From Limisphaerales bacterium (GTDB lineage Bacteria; Verrucomicrobiota; Verrucomicrobiia; Limisphaerales; JAJOIW01), in the NCBI GenBank assembly GCA_965657355.1, contig CBFHOE010000007.1:224001-288000 (forward strand): 64,000 nucleotides of DNA, read 5' to 3'. The translations under genes and the position numbers were made by a program. Shown piece after piece: positions 9,705-20,729 of the stretch (positions are counted from its first letter, which is position 1; each line of letters opens with the position of its first letter). The notes beneath the pieces were generated by a model. It was not told the DNA's origin, searched no databases, and saw nothing but the letters and a program-made list of their open reading frames with translations.

Positions 9705-12533
9705 TTATGAATTGCTTTTCTTGAAATCATCGAAAGCCTCATTTATGAGCTTTTCTTGTTCGCGCTTGTGAGAGTTTGACGAACCCGTAGCTGGGCTTGC
9801 TGATGGTGGCCTGCAGGTGACGGATAGAGGGTGGGAGCCAAGTAATTGATCACCAAAATGAACTCTTAAAAACCACCACGCGCCCATATTTTCAGGCTCG
9901 TCTTGAACCCAGGTTATTGGCGTCTTCGGATCATATCCCTCAAGAGCCTTTGCGAGGGATTTATCACAAAATGGATAGAATTGTTCAACACGAACAATCG
10001 CTATGTCAGTGCGGTCCAATTGTTTCCTTTTTTTGATCAAGTCATAATAAATTTTTCCACTGCAAAGAAGAATTCTTTTTACTTTTTCAGCTGAGATGTC
10101 CTCAGCTTCGCCAAGGACTCGATGAAACCTGTCCTGAGATAAATCTTCTAATGTGCATTGTGCTTCCGGATGGCGTAAAAGACTTTTAGGGGTCATAACA
10201 ACCAATGGTTTTCTCCACTTTCTTTCGACCTGCCTTCTGAGAAGATGAAAATACTGTTTGGGTGTCGATGGCTGACAGACTTGGATATTGTCCTCGGCAC
10301 ACTGCGCCAAAAATCTTTCCAGGCGTGCGCTAGAATGCTCTGGGCCTTGACCCTCAAAACCATGAGGTAATAATAGGACTAGACCGCTCAATATCTGCCA
10401 CTTATCTTCTGCAGAACTTATAAATTGGTCTATGATGACCTGGGCAACATTGACAAAATCACCAAATTGAGCCTCCCACATCACCAACGCATTTGGCGTA
10501 TCGAGGCTGTATCCGTAATCAAAGCCTAGTACAGCCATTTCAGATAGAGGGCTATTATGTATTTGAACTTTAGCTTGATCAGCAGAAAAATTTTCAAGGG
10601 GTGTATATGTTTTTCCTGTCAAATAGTCATGCAGTCTGGCATGCCTGTGGCTGAATGTTCCGCGGCAACTATCTTGACCACTCAGTCGCACCTGATATCC
10701 CTGAAGAGCTAAAGAGCCCATGGCGAGAGCTTCAGCGCAGGCCCAATCAATCCCCTCACCATCAATGACAGCCTGATGACGCGAATCCAAAAGCTTTTTA
10801 ATTTTTGGATGCGGCGTGAACCCTTCCGGAATGGTTGTTAGCTTTCCTGAGATTTCTTTGAGGACTTTAGCGTCTACGCCCGTAGGTGGTTCTGTGGCAT
10901 CTAATTCGGACCCACCAAAGTAATCTGCCCAAACTGGGCCTCTTTTTGGTTCGGGCAAGTGGTAGTTGCTTGATCTGGCGATTGACAGTTCCTCTTCTAG
11001 TAATTTCGTTCTCGCCTCCTGAATCTGATCCGCCTCGTCTCTGGTTATATCATCATGACTCATAAGGTTATCCAGATAACCTTCTCTGACAGTTTTTCTT
11101 TGCCTTATTTTTTTGTAGAGCAGCGGTTGGGTGAAAGCCGGTTCATCGCTTTCATTATGTCCCAATCTCCTGTAGCCATACATATCAATAACAAGATCCA
11201 TTTGGAATTCATTGCGAAAATCCATGGCGAGTTTGATAACTTGGGCTACTGCCTCGGGGTCCTCACCATTGACGTGGAAGATGGGGATCTGTAACATTTT
11301 TGCAACATCTGTTGCATATTTTGAAGAACGGCTCTCTTCAGAATCCGTAGTAAACCCAATCTGATTATTTAGGATGATATGGAGAGTACCACCAGTTCTA
11401 TAGCCATTTAAATTACTCAGATTGAGACATTCCTGAACAACCCCCTCTCCTATGAAAGCCGCATCTCCATGAATGATGACACCAAGAATTTCTTTTCTAT
11501 CCTCATCAGAACGGCGATCTTGCTTGGCCCTGACTCGCCCCATGACGACGGGATCAACAAATTCTAGGTGGCTTGGGTTGAAGCAGAGGGAGAGATGTAC
11601 TTGTTTCCCATCAGTGGTGACCCAATCATTACTGAATCCGAGGTGGTATTTCACGTCCCCTCGGCCTTCAAACCTTTCCGGATCTGCATCAGTAAACTCT
11701 CGAAAAATCTGACTCGGACTCTTCCCCATAATGTTGGCAAGAACGTTGAGTCGACCACGGTGCGCCATCCCAATGACTATTTCTCGAATATCTTGCGATC
11801 CAGCTTCCTCAATAGCCATATCGAGAAGAGGTATCAAACTTTCACTTCCCTCCAGTGAGAAACTTTTTGCTCCAATGAATTTCTTGTGAATAAATTCCTC
11901 AAAAACAACAGCATCGGTCAGCCTAGTTAAAATTCTTAATTGCTTACTCTTATCGAGGGAAAGACGATTTTCTGATCTTTCCATCCTATCTTGGAGCCAC
12001 CTTCTAACAGACTTATCGCTTATATGCATGTACTCAACACCGATGGAGCGACAATATGTATTTTTAAGTTTCTCAAGAATTTGCCCCAGACTCATCATGG
12101 AATCGGTCTCAGACAGTTCGTATGAAAATTTTTTATGCAGGTCAGATTCTTTGAACCCATAGGATTCTGGGTTGAGCTCTGGGGGACGGGGTGGTTTTCG
12201 GCCAAGCGGATCTAAATTTGCAGCCTCGTGGCCACGGGTTCGATAAGCTCGAAGAAGCTGATCTAACCGGTCTTGCAATTCTGCTACACCTTCACGTGAG
12301 AATTCATCAGAAGTTTTTTTAGAATCATGAGGTCTCGCATGAAATAAGCTTTCTGCTTTCCAAACGGGTTCTTGGAATGCCGTCCCTTCCAATTCTGAAA
12401 TAGATTCGAAATAATTTCTCCATGCCTTGTCTACCGAGGCTGGATTCTCGAGATACAGCTGAAAAAGCTCTTCTATAAACTGTAGGTTCCCGGCATTTAT
12501 CGGGACGCTACCTCCACTTGAGGAATCAATCAT
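9705..12533 (-). CDS. sucA: 2-oxoglutarate dehydrogenase E1
   Basis: GMAHRGRLN, GDVKYHLG, HGDAAF, WEAQFGDF, GPEHSSAR. Confidence 0.97.
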   Translation of the reverse strand: MIDSSSGGSVPINAGNLQFIEELFQLYLENPASVDKAWRNYFESISELEGTAFQEPVWKAESLFHARPHDSKKTSDEFSREGVAELQDRLDQLLRAYRTRGHEAANLDPLGRKPPRPPELNPESYGFKESDLHKKFSYELSETDSMMSLGQILEKLKNTYCRSIGVEYMHISDKSVRRWLQDRMERSENRLSLDKSKQLRILTRLTDAVVFEEFIHKKFIGAKSFSLEGSESLIPLLDMAIEEAGSQDIREIVIGMAHRGRLNVLANIMGKSPSQIFREFTDADPERFEGRGDVKYHLGFSNDWVTTDGKQVHLSLCFNPSHLEFVDPVVMGRVRAKQDRRSDEDRKEILGVIIHGDAAFIGEGVVQECLNLSNLNGYRTGGTLHIILNNQIGFTTDSEESRSSKYATDVAKMLQIPIFHVNGEDPEAVAQVIKLAMDFRNEFQMDLVIDMYGYRRLGHNESDEPAFTQPLLYKKIRQRKTVREGYLDNLMSHDDITRDEADQIQEARTKLLEEELSIARSSNYHLPEPKRGPVWADYFGGSELDATEPPTGVDAKVLKEISGKLTTIPEGFTPHPKIKKLLDSRHQAVIDGEGIDWACAEALAMGSLALQGYQVRLSGQDSCRGTFSHRHARLHDYLTGKTYTPLENFSADQAKVQIHNSPLSEMAVLGFDYGYSLDTPNALVMWEAQFGDFVNVAQVIIDQFISSAEDKWQILSGLVLLLPHGFEGQGPEHSSARLERFLAQCAEDNIQVCQPSTPKQYFHLLRRQVERKWRKPLVVMTPKSLLRHPEAQCTLEDLSQDRFHRVLGEAEDISAEKVKRILLCSGKIYYDLIKKRKQLDRTDIAIVRVEQFYPFCDKSLAKALEGYDPKTPITWVQDEPENMGAWWFLRVHFGDQLLGSHPLSVTCRPPSASPATGSSNSHKREQEKLINEAFDDFKKSNS

Positions 12534-12726
12534 CGCGGCTAATTAACCTTTATAAAACAATGTAGAATTAGTATTGCAGAGTCAAAACCGAACTCCCAAT
12601 TATTTACGTATTATTAAACACGGCGGAAATAACATACCACTAGTTAAGGTAATTTAGCGAAAAATCTCAAAAAGTCTGCCCCTCCCCCAATAAATGTCCG
12701 ACCTTGGTCCGTATTATGCCCGAGGT

Positions 12727-12933
12727 ATGAAAAAATTATTAAGGTCTATCATCCCGACTGAAGGAGCTATCGTTGCCATTTTCGGGGGATCAAAACTTGT
12801 CAGAAAAGGATGGAATAAATTTGAAATTCACGGGGGATCACCTGAAGAACAACAGGAGGCCTACGAATGGATGTCCCTTTTTCTTCACGGTGTCAATGTT
12901 CAAGAACACCAGACCAATCAAAACCAATCCTGA
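12727..12933 (+). CDS. Small hypothetical protein (68 aa)
   Basis: ORF divergent from sucA and ending 7 nt before the priA stop; ORF open from 12694, internal ATG 12727 preferred; FGGSKLVR...HGGS...AYEWMSLFLH looks like a folded small domain. Confidence 0.55.
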   Translation: MKKLLRSIIPTEGAIVAIFGGSKLVRKGWNKFEIHGGSPEEQQEAYEWMSLFLHGVNVQEHQTNQNQS

Positions 12934-12940
12934 AAATGGA

Positions 12941-15178
12941 TCAAGCGGTGAAAACCGGGTCCACATCAACGGTGATTTTAATTTTTGAGGGCAACTTAAA
13001 ACTGGAGACCCAATCCGAAATATAGCTGCTTAATCGAGACATGTTTTTAGTGCGCATCATAATTTGAAACCTGAAATGATCTTCGGTTTTTGCCAAAGGG
13101 GCGGGACTTGGCCCAGCAATCGTCAAATTAGGAAAGCCATCAAGTATTGATTCCAAATTCTTGCGGGCCAATGCGGTCACTTCTTCCAGTTTAGATTCAT
13201 CGGGCCCCCGAAATAATAAAATCATCATACGTCCAAATGGCGGATACCCGAGTTGGCTTCGAAATTCCACCTCCTGCTCATAAAACCCTTCGAAATCATG
13301 CCTTCTCGCGTATTGAATGGCTGCGTGAAATGGCGTGTAGGACTGGACAAAGACTTCGCCCTCAATGTCCCCTCTTCCTGCTCGGCCGGACACTTGAGTT
13401 ATAAGTTGGAATGTCCTTTCTCCAGCCCGAAAATCCGGTAAGTGCAAACTCAAATCAGCGTATATAATGCCAACTAGGGTCACATTAGGAAAATGGAGAC
13501 CTTTCGTTATCATTTGTGTTCCAATCAGTATGTCTATTTTCCCTACCCTGAAATCACTTAATATTTGCTTGAATTGGCCTTTTTTCTTTAAAGAATCTGA
13601 GTCCATCCTCGTAATGGTTGCTTCAGGAAAAATTTGATTTAAGGACTCTTCCACTCTCTCTGTTCCAAGTCCTAGGTATTCGATCTTTCCACTACCACAG
13701 GATGAGCATTTTTTTGGGGCTATTTCGGAATAGCCACACAAATGGCAACACAAACGACCAATCGACTGATGATAAGTCAAGGTAATGGAGCATCTGGGGC
13801 ATCCGACTACATGGCCGCAGTCCTGACACATTAAATTATTAGAATATCCACGCCTATTAAGGAATAACATGGTCTGCTCACCTCGTTCCAACCTTTGCAA
13901 CATCGCTTCCTTTAATGGCTGGGTAAATGGAGAAAATTTCCCTTTTTTTGCCCTCTTTTCAAGACGCAAATCCATGACTCTTATAACGGGTAAGGTTGCG
14001 TTGTCGGCTCTCTTATCCAATCTTAAGAGCTTATATTTTTCCTGCGATGCATTATGGAAGCTCTCAAGTGAAGGGGTTGCTGATCCGAGGATAACCACAG
14101 AATCCTCGAGGTGCCCCCGCATCACGGCCACATCTCTGGCATGATATTTAGGGGTTTCCTCTTGCTTGTAGGAATGCTCATGCTCCTCGTCAACAACAAT
14201 CAGGCCTAGATCTTTAACGGGTGCAAAAATAGCACTTCTTGCTCCGATGACTATTCTTGCTTTGCCACTATGGATTTTGTGCCATTCATCGTGACGCTCT
14301 CCTTCACTTAAGTGGGAATGAAGCACTGCGACTGTGGTTGCTGTTTTACCAGTCGAAAACCGAGCTCGAAATCTTTCAACTGTTTGCGGGGTCAAACTAA
14401 TTTCTGGAACCAAAACAATAGCTCCCCTGCCTCTGGCCAAGGTAGTTTGAATGGCTTGGAGATAGACTTCGGTTTTACCACTACCAGTGACCCCATATAG
14501 CAAAAAGACTTTGCTTATCTCCTCTCTCACGGCTTTGGATATCTCATCTAAAGCAACAGATTGTTGGTCATTAAGCGGCAACGGCTTTGATGGAAGGATT
14601 TCCTCACCTGCAGATGGGTCTCGCTCCAAAATTTCCTCTGAAAGTTTAACAATTTCATATTCAACCAACTTGTTGACAACAGACTTCGTCGAGCCGGTGA
14701 TTTTAATCAGGTCTCGCAAAGGTAAGACACGCCACTCCTCTATGACTTTTAGGATTTCTTTTTGGCGCTTTGTGAGGTTCGTTTCGGTTTCTGGATAATT
14801 TTTGATCCCGGCAAAACGAACCACTAATTGTTTCTTCCATCTCGCTTTTTCTTTTCTAACAGCAACTGGAAGCACACTCTTTAAAGCCGATTCCAAAGGG
14901 CAACAGTAATATTGGGAAAGCCATTTTGATAATTCGAGAATCTCGGGCGTGAGCAACGGCACCCGGTGAACGATTTCGCCGATAGGTTTGAGTTGCTTTA
15001 TGTCATATGAGGATTCTTTCGAAATTCCTGTCACATATCCTAATAGTTGGCGACTTCCAAATGGCACCCGAACCCGGCATCCAAGCTCTACAGATGAGCA
15101 CAAACTATCCGGAATCAGGTAATCAAACTCCTTACCAATTGCAAGATCGACGGAAACCCTGGCAATGACTGGATTCAT
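12941..15178 (-). CDS. priA: Primosomal protein N' (replication restart helicase)
   Basis: GVTGSGKTEVY, DEEH, SAT, four CxxC zinc motifs, QVSGRAGR. Confidence 0.97.
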   Translation of the reverse strand: MNPVIARVSVDLAIGKEFDYLIPDSLCSSVELGCRVRVPFGSRQLLGYVTGISKESSYDIKQLKPIGEIVHRVPLLTPEILELSKWLSQYYCCPLESALKSVLPVAVRKEKARWKKQLVVRFAGIKNYPETETNLTKRQKEILKVIEEWRVLPLRDLIKITGSTKSVVNKLVEYEIVKLSEEILERDPSAGEEILPSKPLPLNDQQSVALDEISKAVREEISKVFLLYGVTGSGKTEVYLQAIQTTLARGRGAIVLVPEISLTPQTVERFRARFSTGKTATTVAVLHSHLSEGERHDEWHKIHSGKARIVIGARSAIFAPVKDLGLIVVDEEHEHSYKQEETPKYHARDVAVMRGHLEDSVVILGSATPSLESFHNASQEKYKLLRLDKRADNATLPVIRVMDLRLEKRAKKGKFSPFTQPLKEAMLQRLERGEQTMLFLNRRGYSNNLMCQDCGHVVGCPRCSITLTYHQSIGRLCCHLCGYSEIAPKKCSSCGSGKIEYLGLGTERVEESLNQIFPEATITRMDSDSLKKKGQFKQILSDFRVGKIDILIGTQMITKGLHFPNVTLVGIIYADLSLHLPDFRAGERTFQLITQVSGRAGRGDIEGEVFVQSYTPFHAAIQYARRHDFEGFYEQEVEFRSQLGYPPFGRMMILLFRGPDESKLEEVTALARKNLESILDGFPNLTIAGPSPAPLAKTEDHFRFQIMMRTKNMSRLSSYISDWVSSFKLPSKIKITVDVDPVFTA

Positions 15179-15756
15179 TACTTTTCAGGATTAAACGATA
15201 CGCACCCTTTATTTAGAAGGTAATGCTGAAAAGCAACGGCCACCAAAGCATGCTGAAAGGCACCCTCTTTTAACCGTTGCTCCAAATCTTTCTCAGGGAT
15301 CAATTCAGTGACAATCTCTTCTCCAGGATCGAATCTGGTTTCCGACACTTTACGACACCCGCTGACGAAAACAGTGTGGCATATGTTGTTTTGGATGGCG
15401 GGGTTTGGAAAAATCTTTCCTATAATTGTTGCCTTGTCACCCCTGTAACCAGTCTCTTCAAGAAGTTCCCTGACGCCTGCAGAAATTGGACTAGAGTCTC
15501 GGCTGTCTATCATTCCACCGGGCACTTCCAGTTCGATCGTATTTGTTCCAGCCCGCCACTGCTTGACACATATGAATTGATGATCTTGTGTCAGCGCAAC
15601 AACGTTGACCCAATCAGGGGCCTCAATAGAGATGAAATTTTGCTTATAATCTCTATTAGGTGAAGCCCAAAGATCTTCTTTGAGTTTAAAAATTCGAAAA
15701 TCAGCTAAGGGATTATCCGTTAGTCTTGACCAAAATCCAGGCTGCATGGTGTCCAA
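15178..15756 (-). CDS. NUDIX hydrolase (ADP-ribose pyrophosphatase-like)
   Basis: Nudix box GGMID...AGVRELLEETGY; ATG at 15747 is an alternative start. Confidence 0.9.
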   Translation of the reverse strand: MDTMQPGFWSRLTDNPLADFRIFKLKEDLWASPNRDYKQNFISIEAPDWVNVVALTQDHQFICVKQWRAGTNTIELEVPGGMIDSRDSSPISAGVRELLEETGYRGDKATIIGKIFPNPAIQNNICHTVFVSGCRKVSETRFDPGEEIVTELIPEKDLEQRLKEGAFQHALVAVAFQHYLLNKGCVSFNPEK

Positions 15757-15814
15757 ATAAGTTGGCGCTCGATTTTCTTCTTCTCGCAGATTACTCCGCC
15801 AATCAGCTGGGGCC

Positions 15815-16030
15815 TTAAGACTGCCCTGAAGAGCCCCTTTTCACGACTTCTAGCAAGTGCTGCAGGGCACTTTGGTAAGTCCTATTTTTTTGCTCGGCTA
15901 ATTGTCTGGCCCTCTTATCAAGTTGGCTCGCCATAATCTCAGACTTTTCTTCGGGGCAGCCTAATGCACGGAGCGTTGATTCAATCAGAGGTATAGCCTC
16001 CTGTGGGGATGGAGGAACCTCCTGACTCAT
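15815..16030 (-). CDS. Small hypothetical protein
   Basis: 71-aa ORF abutting the cyclophilin stop (0-nt gap); helical MASQLDKRARQL segment. Confidence 0.7.
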   Translation of the reverse strand: MSQEVPPSPQEAIPLIESTLRALGCPEEKSEIMASQLDKRARQLAEQKNRTYQSALQHLLEVVKRGSSGQS

Positions 16031-16540
16031 TTATTTTTCAAGTTCTGAAATTTTTATACTGATGAGCTCAACACGACCCACTGGCTTACTATTTTCGCCT
16101 GAAGAGCTCATCTCGACTGGGGTTTCCTCGAGCTTGGCTAAGGTATCTTCGCCATCAATCAATTTTCCAAAACAAGTATATTGTCCATCAAGAAAATCGG
16201 CATCTGCAAAGCAGATAAAAAACTGAGACCCGGCGGAATCAGGATCCTGGGATCTAGCCATGGAGATGACCCCTCGCTGGTGCTTATTCGCATTAAATTC
16301 AGCTTTTACAGTGTATCCAGGACCTCCAGTGCCGTATATTCGTTCTTTAGATTCATCCTTCGTATTCGGATCTCCGCCTTGAATCATGAATCCTTTAATG
16401 AGGCGATGAAAGCAGGTTCCATCGTAAAACCCCTCACGGGCTAACTTCTTGAAATTTTCTACTGTTTTTGGGGCCACATCATCCCAGAAATCTATGACGA
16501 TAGGTCCTTGCGCTGTTTCTATTGTTGCTACTTCACTCAT
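16031..16540 (-). CDS. Cyclophilin-type peptidyl-prolyl cis-trans isomerase
   Basis: FHRLIKGFMIQGGD, SMAR, SAGSQFFI, LDGQYTCFG. Confidence 0.95.
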   Translation of the reverse strand: MSEVATIETAQGPIVIDFWDDVAPKTVENFKKLAREGFYDGTCFHRLIKGFMIQGGDPNTKDESKERIYGTGGPGYTVKAEFNANKHQRGVISMARSQDPDSAGSQFFICFADADFLDGQYTCFGKLIDGEDTLAKLEETPVEMSSSGENSKPVGRVELISIKISELEK

Positions 16541-16632
16541 TATTGTCTTTCAGATTTGTACGGGTCCTATAAGACGCCCTTTACCTACGGATACTACCAT
16601 CTAAATAACCAGATGGAAAAATCAAAAAACTA

Positions 16633-17661
16633 TTAATTGCTGCCTTCGTCTGAAAATGGTGTCTTTGCGATGGTTAATTTTCCCGTTTTGGATGTCCTTT
16701 CCATCTTCCAATCCAATAATTGGCCAACGTCCCAGTGGTCTTTTTTCACCATAGCTAAACCAAAGAAAGAATTCGAATTTTTAGCCTTGGCGACGGATGT
16801 TACTTGCCCAACAAGTTTTCCATCGAAGAGCACTTGGATATCCTCATGCATGGATGGGAGAGGCTCATGAAAACGGACCCCCACAATTTTTTTTGTAATA
16901 GAACCCATTGCTCGAAGCCTGTTGAGCACCTCTTGCCCGATGTAGCATCCTTTTTGGTAGCTGATGCCGGTTAAGTCCAGGCCTCCTTCTGGAGGCAAGT
17001 TTTTCTCAGTGAGATCCACTCCGTATTTGGGTATACCACATTGAATTCTCCAGTGGTCTAAGTCTTCTTTTGACAAATGATAAATAGGTCCGATTTCATT
17101 CGTTTCACTGCTCTTTTCAATAGCTTTTTTGAACGCCATCTCGCTGCCAGTAGGGATGTAAGCATCTATCTCGGGCCCAAGGCCCCTGGCTGGGTTAGAT
17201 AAATAGATTTCGCCAATATTTTCAGTTTCTAATTTAAAAATAGAATTGGGCTTGGTGAAGTCAAAAGAGGAAACCCGAGCGTCGAATGCGACGATCAAAT
17301 CAAGAGCTTTAGGCCCAAAAAAAGCAAAATGTTTGTAGTGCACATTGGCATCTACAACTTCAACGTCATCAGCGACTATATGGTGATCAAATCTCTCAAT
17401 GAGCGATTGCTGTGTATTAGTTTCAACATCTAATAAAATTTCATTTGGGAGAATAAAGACAAAGCCGTCCGAGATCATCCTCCCCTTATTCGTCACGAAT
17501 GTTGTAAAGGCCCCATGCCAATCGCCTAAATTAGAAATATCTTGAGTCGTTTGACCTTGCAGGAACCGGGTTCTGTCATCACCTAACAAAACAAGAGAGC
17601 CACGAGCGGAGAGATCTGACAGAGCCACACCACTCATCGCTGCTGGATTACCACTATTCAT
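16633..17661 (-). CDS. ygfZ: Folate-binding protein YgfZ (GcvT family)
   Basis: KGCYIGQE signature, FLQGQTTQDI; ORF open to 17688, start uncertain. Confidence 0.9.
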   Translation of the reverse strand: MNSGNPAAMSGVALSDLSARGSLVLLGDDRTRFLQGQTTQDISNLGDWHGAFTTFVTNKGRMISDGFVFILPNEILLDVETNTQQSLIERFDHHIVADDVEVVDANVHYKHFAFFGPKALDLIVAFDARVSSFDFTKPNSIFKLETENIGEIYLSNPARGLGPEIDAYIPTGSEMAFKKAIEKSSETNEIGPIYHLSKEDLDHWRIQCGIPKYGVDLTEKNLPPEGGLDLTGISYQKGCYIGQEVLNRLRAMGSITKKIVGVRFHEPLPSMHEDIQVLFDGKLVGQVTSVAKAKNSNSFFGLAMVKKDHWDVGQLLDWKMERTSKTGKLTIAKTPFSDEGSN

Positions 17662-17766
17662 GAGATCCGAATGTGCACCAGAAACCATTCAATTTCAAAA
17701 ACTTATTCATTGAAGATTATCTTGAGGAGAAGCATTGCCAAGCAAAGCCAAAAACCATTCAATGGC

Positions 17767-19296
17767 ATGGTGAAGACTGGTGAGGAAACCCTAACGAATG
17801 AGATATTGAGCGCTAGACAGAGAGTCTACGCCATAGGAAATAGAACACCACTCCAGCAACTGGATGGTCTCGAAATTAATGGTCAACTATGGACCAAAAG
17901 AGAAGATCTCTCACCAATCAGATCATACAAATGGCGCGGAGCTTACAATAAGTTGTCCAAGCTCAGTAAAACGAGCAAAGCCAATGGTGTTGTGGCCGCT
18001 TCAGCCGGCAACCACGCTCAAGGGGTGGCCCTTGGGGCGTCGAGACTCAAGATTCATTCCAAAATATTTATGCCAATCCCAACTCCTCAGCTTAAACGAG
18101 ATTCCGTAAAGCGTCACGGTGGAGATTTCGTGGATGTTGTTTTGGCAGGCGACACCTTCCACGAAGCGGCTTTAGAGGCGGAAAGATGCTCGATTAAAGA
18201 ATCCCGAACCATGATCCACCCTTTCGATGATTTGGATGTTATCGCCGGCCAAGGAACCATAGCAGACGAGATCATCCTAACCGGAGAAGGCCCATTCGAG
18301 GTTGCATTCCTGCAGATCGGAGGTGGGGGCATGGCAGCAGCCGTGAGCTTTTGGCTGAAAAAGTTCTACCCAAGCATAAAAATTATAGGGGTTGAAGGCA
18401 AAGACCAAGCCTCTATGTCGAGAGCTATAGAAGCAGGAAGACCCATTAAATTGGACCACCTCGATGTATTTTGTGATGGCACAGCAGTGAGACAAGTCGG
18501 AGAGCACTCTTATGACATATGCTCAGAAACAATCGATGAAATAGTAACCGTAAGCAACCAAGAAGTCTGCGCTGGAATACAACTCCTTTGGAACCATGGA
18601 AGGATCATACCAGAAACCGCTGGCGCTATGGGCGTCGCAGCTTGGCTTAAAAACAAAGAAAGGTTTGAAGACAAAAAATGTCTAACAGTCATTTGTGGAG
18701 CAAACATGGATTTTGCCAGACTCGCTTGGATAGTCAGAAACGCAGGAATAGGATCAGCCACCAGAATCTATTACCAATTTAAAATACTAGAGAAACCGGG
18801 CACGCTATTTCAAGTGCTGGAAATCGTTCGCTCAAGAGCGAATATAATTGAATTTCAGTATGGCAAAAATAGCCTTTCTGAAGCCTTTCCGGTAATGGGT
18901 TTTGATGCCCACCCAAAATCCTTGGAACAAATTAAAACCGATTTATCATTGGCCGGCATCATTTATAGAGATGTAACAGACTGCCCAACTGTAGAATTTA
19001 AAATGATGCCATGGGATCCTGAGCTCATGCAAAACCCTGTATTTATAAAAGTTGAATTTCCCGAACGAGCTGGAGCTTTATCAGATTTTCTGAAGCAATT
19101 TTATAGCGATGTTAATATAGGCTATTTTAGCTACCAGTATTCGGGTGAACGAGTTGGTAGAGCACTCATAGGATTTGAAATTTTAAAAGACTCTACAAAG
19201 AATTTGGTCGAAAAGTGGAAATCAAAAACACCTGAAGGTTTAAGAGCACTGGAAGTCCTCGAATCAAACAAAATTAATAATAATAGTTTTCATTGA
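17767..19296 (+). CDS. ilvA: Threonine dehydratase, biosynthetic type
   Basis: SYKWRG PLP lysine, SAGNHAQG, GGGG loop, two C-terminal regulatory repeats (EKPGTL, FPERAGAL); ORF open from 17671. Confidence 0.9.
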   Translation: MVKTGEETLTNEILSARQRVYAIGNRTPLQQLDGLEINGQLWTKREDLSPIRSYKWRGAYNKLSKLSKTSKANGVVAASAGNHAQGVALGASRLKIHSKIFMPIPTPQLKRDSVKRHGGDFVDVVLAGDTFHEAALEAERCSIKESRTMIHPFDDLDVIAGQGTIADEIILTGEGPFEVAFLQIGGGGMAAAVSFWLKKFYPSIKIIGVEGKDQASMSRAIEAGRPIKLDHLDVFCDGTAVRQVGEHSYDICSETIDEIVTVSNQEVCAGIQLLWNHGRIIPETAGAMGVAAWLKNKERFEDKKCLTVICGANMDFARLAWIVRNAGIGSATRIYYQFKILEKPGTLFQVLEIVRSRANIIEFQYGKNSLSEAFPVMGFDAHPKSLEQIKTDLSLAGIIYRDVTDCPTVEFKMMPWDPELMQNPVFIKVEFPERAGALSDFLKQFYSDVNIGYFSYQYSGERVGRALIGFEILKDSTKNLVEKWKSKTPEGLRALEVLESNKINNNSFH

Positions 19297-19775
19297 TCTT
19301 TGCCCTTTTGTAATTTCACTAAAATAGTTTTCTTGGCCAATGCCTCAAGGCAGTAGCCAAAAACAGCATATATTATACAAAAGAATGGAATCATAAGCTC
19401 ACGATTCATGTGAGATAGGATGAGTGGGATTACCAATAAAGGTGAGTATATCACAATTCCAATTAATGGAGTCATGGCCGCTTGTTTCGAATCAGGATGG
19501 TTTGTGCAATATTCTTCCCACTTTCGAAAAATTGAGCCAAACGGTAGTTGTCTTATTTGTTCCTCCAATATTCCCCCAAGCCAAATCAAGCCTGCAAAAA
19601 TCAGAAATATTAAAATCAGCGATAATATAGGGTTGCTCTTCGTGAAGGCCGAGGGAAGTTTATTTACGATCAATAAGACAATCATCGCCAAAACAGCGTA
19701 GGTAAAAATAGATTTCCCTCGCTTTTTAGGCTTTCTTCTTGAGCCTGCAAAATGCCGAATGAGCTTCAGAAGCAT
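19290..19775 (-). CDS. Hypothetical membrane protein (about 4 TM)
   Basis: Basic N-terminus followed by four hydrophobic segments. Confidence 0.6.
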   Translation of the reverse strand: MLLKLIRHFAGSRRKPKKRGKSIFTYAVLAMIVLLIVNKLPSAFTKSNPILSLILIFLIFAGLIWLGGILEEQIRQLPFGSIFRKWEEYCTNHPDSKQAAMTPLIGIVIYSPLLVIPLILSHMNRELMIPFFCIIYAVFGYCLEALAKKTILVKLQKGKDQ

Positions 19776-19875
19776 AATAGTAACAGAGTAAAACAGTTAG
19801 GCTCCCGATGCACCAGAAATAACAATCAGGATATTGGATTTGAAAAGATACTGTGATATTTTCACTCTAAGAAAG

Positions 19876-20727
19876 ATGGATTGGTATTACGCTAAAAACA
19901 CCCAAAAGATGGGGCCGGTTTCCAAAGAAGACATTCAAGAATTATGGGACAACGGTGAGATAGATCTCGACACACTCGTTTGGCATGAAGGTCTGACCGA
20001 ATGGTTACCTCTTGAAAAGCATGAAGATTACATCGATCTAAATTCAAAAGTAGTAACTCCAATCCCTGAATCCCAGAAAGAAAAAAATGAAATCACTTTC
20101 GAAGATTACACCCCCAATTGGACTTACTTTCTTCGACGCGGAGTTGCCTGGATAGTAGATGTTTTGATTGTGGTCATGATTGTCGGGATTTTATCCATCT
20201 ACACTTACAGTTTTTTCCAAAAAGATGGAGAGGAGTTTATTAAAGACTACTTTCAGCTTGCTGCCGGAGAAGTCCTAAAAAATGATGAAAACTTGGGATC
20301 AGAGTCCAAAGGGGCAGAAGTCGAACCAACTAATCAGGGAACTTTTAGAGAGCAAATCCTTCAAAACCTCGAACAACAACAACAGAATGCAAATAAGATA
20401 AGTGAAAAATACCCATCCTTCCAATACTGGCAAATGGGTGTCACTTTTGTCTTCTGGATTCTCTATGATACACTTCTCATGGTTTATTTGGGCGGCAGTA
20501 TCGGCAAAAAAATAACCGCACTTAGAGTCGCTAACAAACAGGGAACACCGGTAACGTTTTACAATGCTTTTTCAAAAAGTATAACTAGGGTTATTACTAC
20601 ACTTTTCGTTTATCTCATACCAATTTCTGTTGTTGTTGTTTTTATGACTAGGCCGCACCGATCTCTTAGTGACCTAATTCCAAGAACACTAGTCATGCCA
20701 GACCACCTTGTGAAAAAAGATAAATAG
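19876..20727 (+). CDS. RDD family membrane protein with N-terminal GYF_2 (DUF4339) domain
   Basis: WYY...MGP...LVWHEGLTEW; RRGVAWIVD, SIGKKITALRV and RSLSD RDD motifs; ORF open from 19834. Confidence 0.85.
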   Translation: MDWYYAKNTQKMGPVSKEDIQELWDNGEIDLDTLVWHEGLTEWLPLEKHEDYIDLNSKVVTPIPESQKEKNEITFEDYTPNWTYFLRRGVAWIVDVLIVVMIVGILSIYTYSFFQKDGEEFIKDYFQLAAGEVLKNDENLGSESKGAEVEPTNQGTFREQILQNLEQQQQNANKISEKYPSFQYWQMGVTFVFWILYDTLLMVYLGGSIGKKITALRVANKQGTPVTFYNAFSKSITRVITTLFVYLIPISVVVVFMTRPHRSLSDLIPRTLVMPDHLVKKDK

Positions 20728-20729
20728 AT

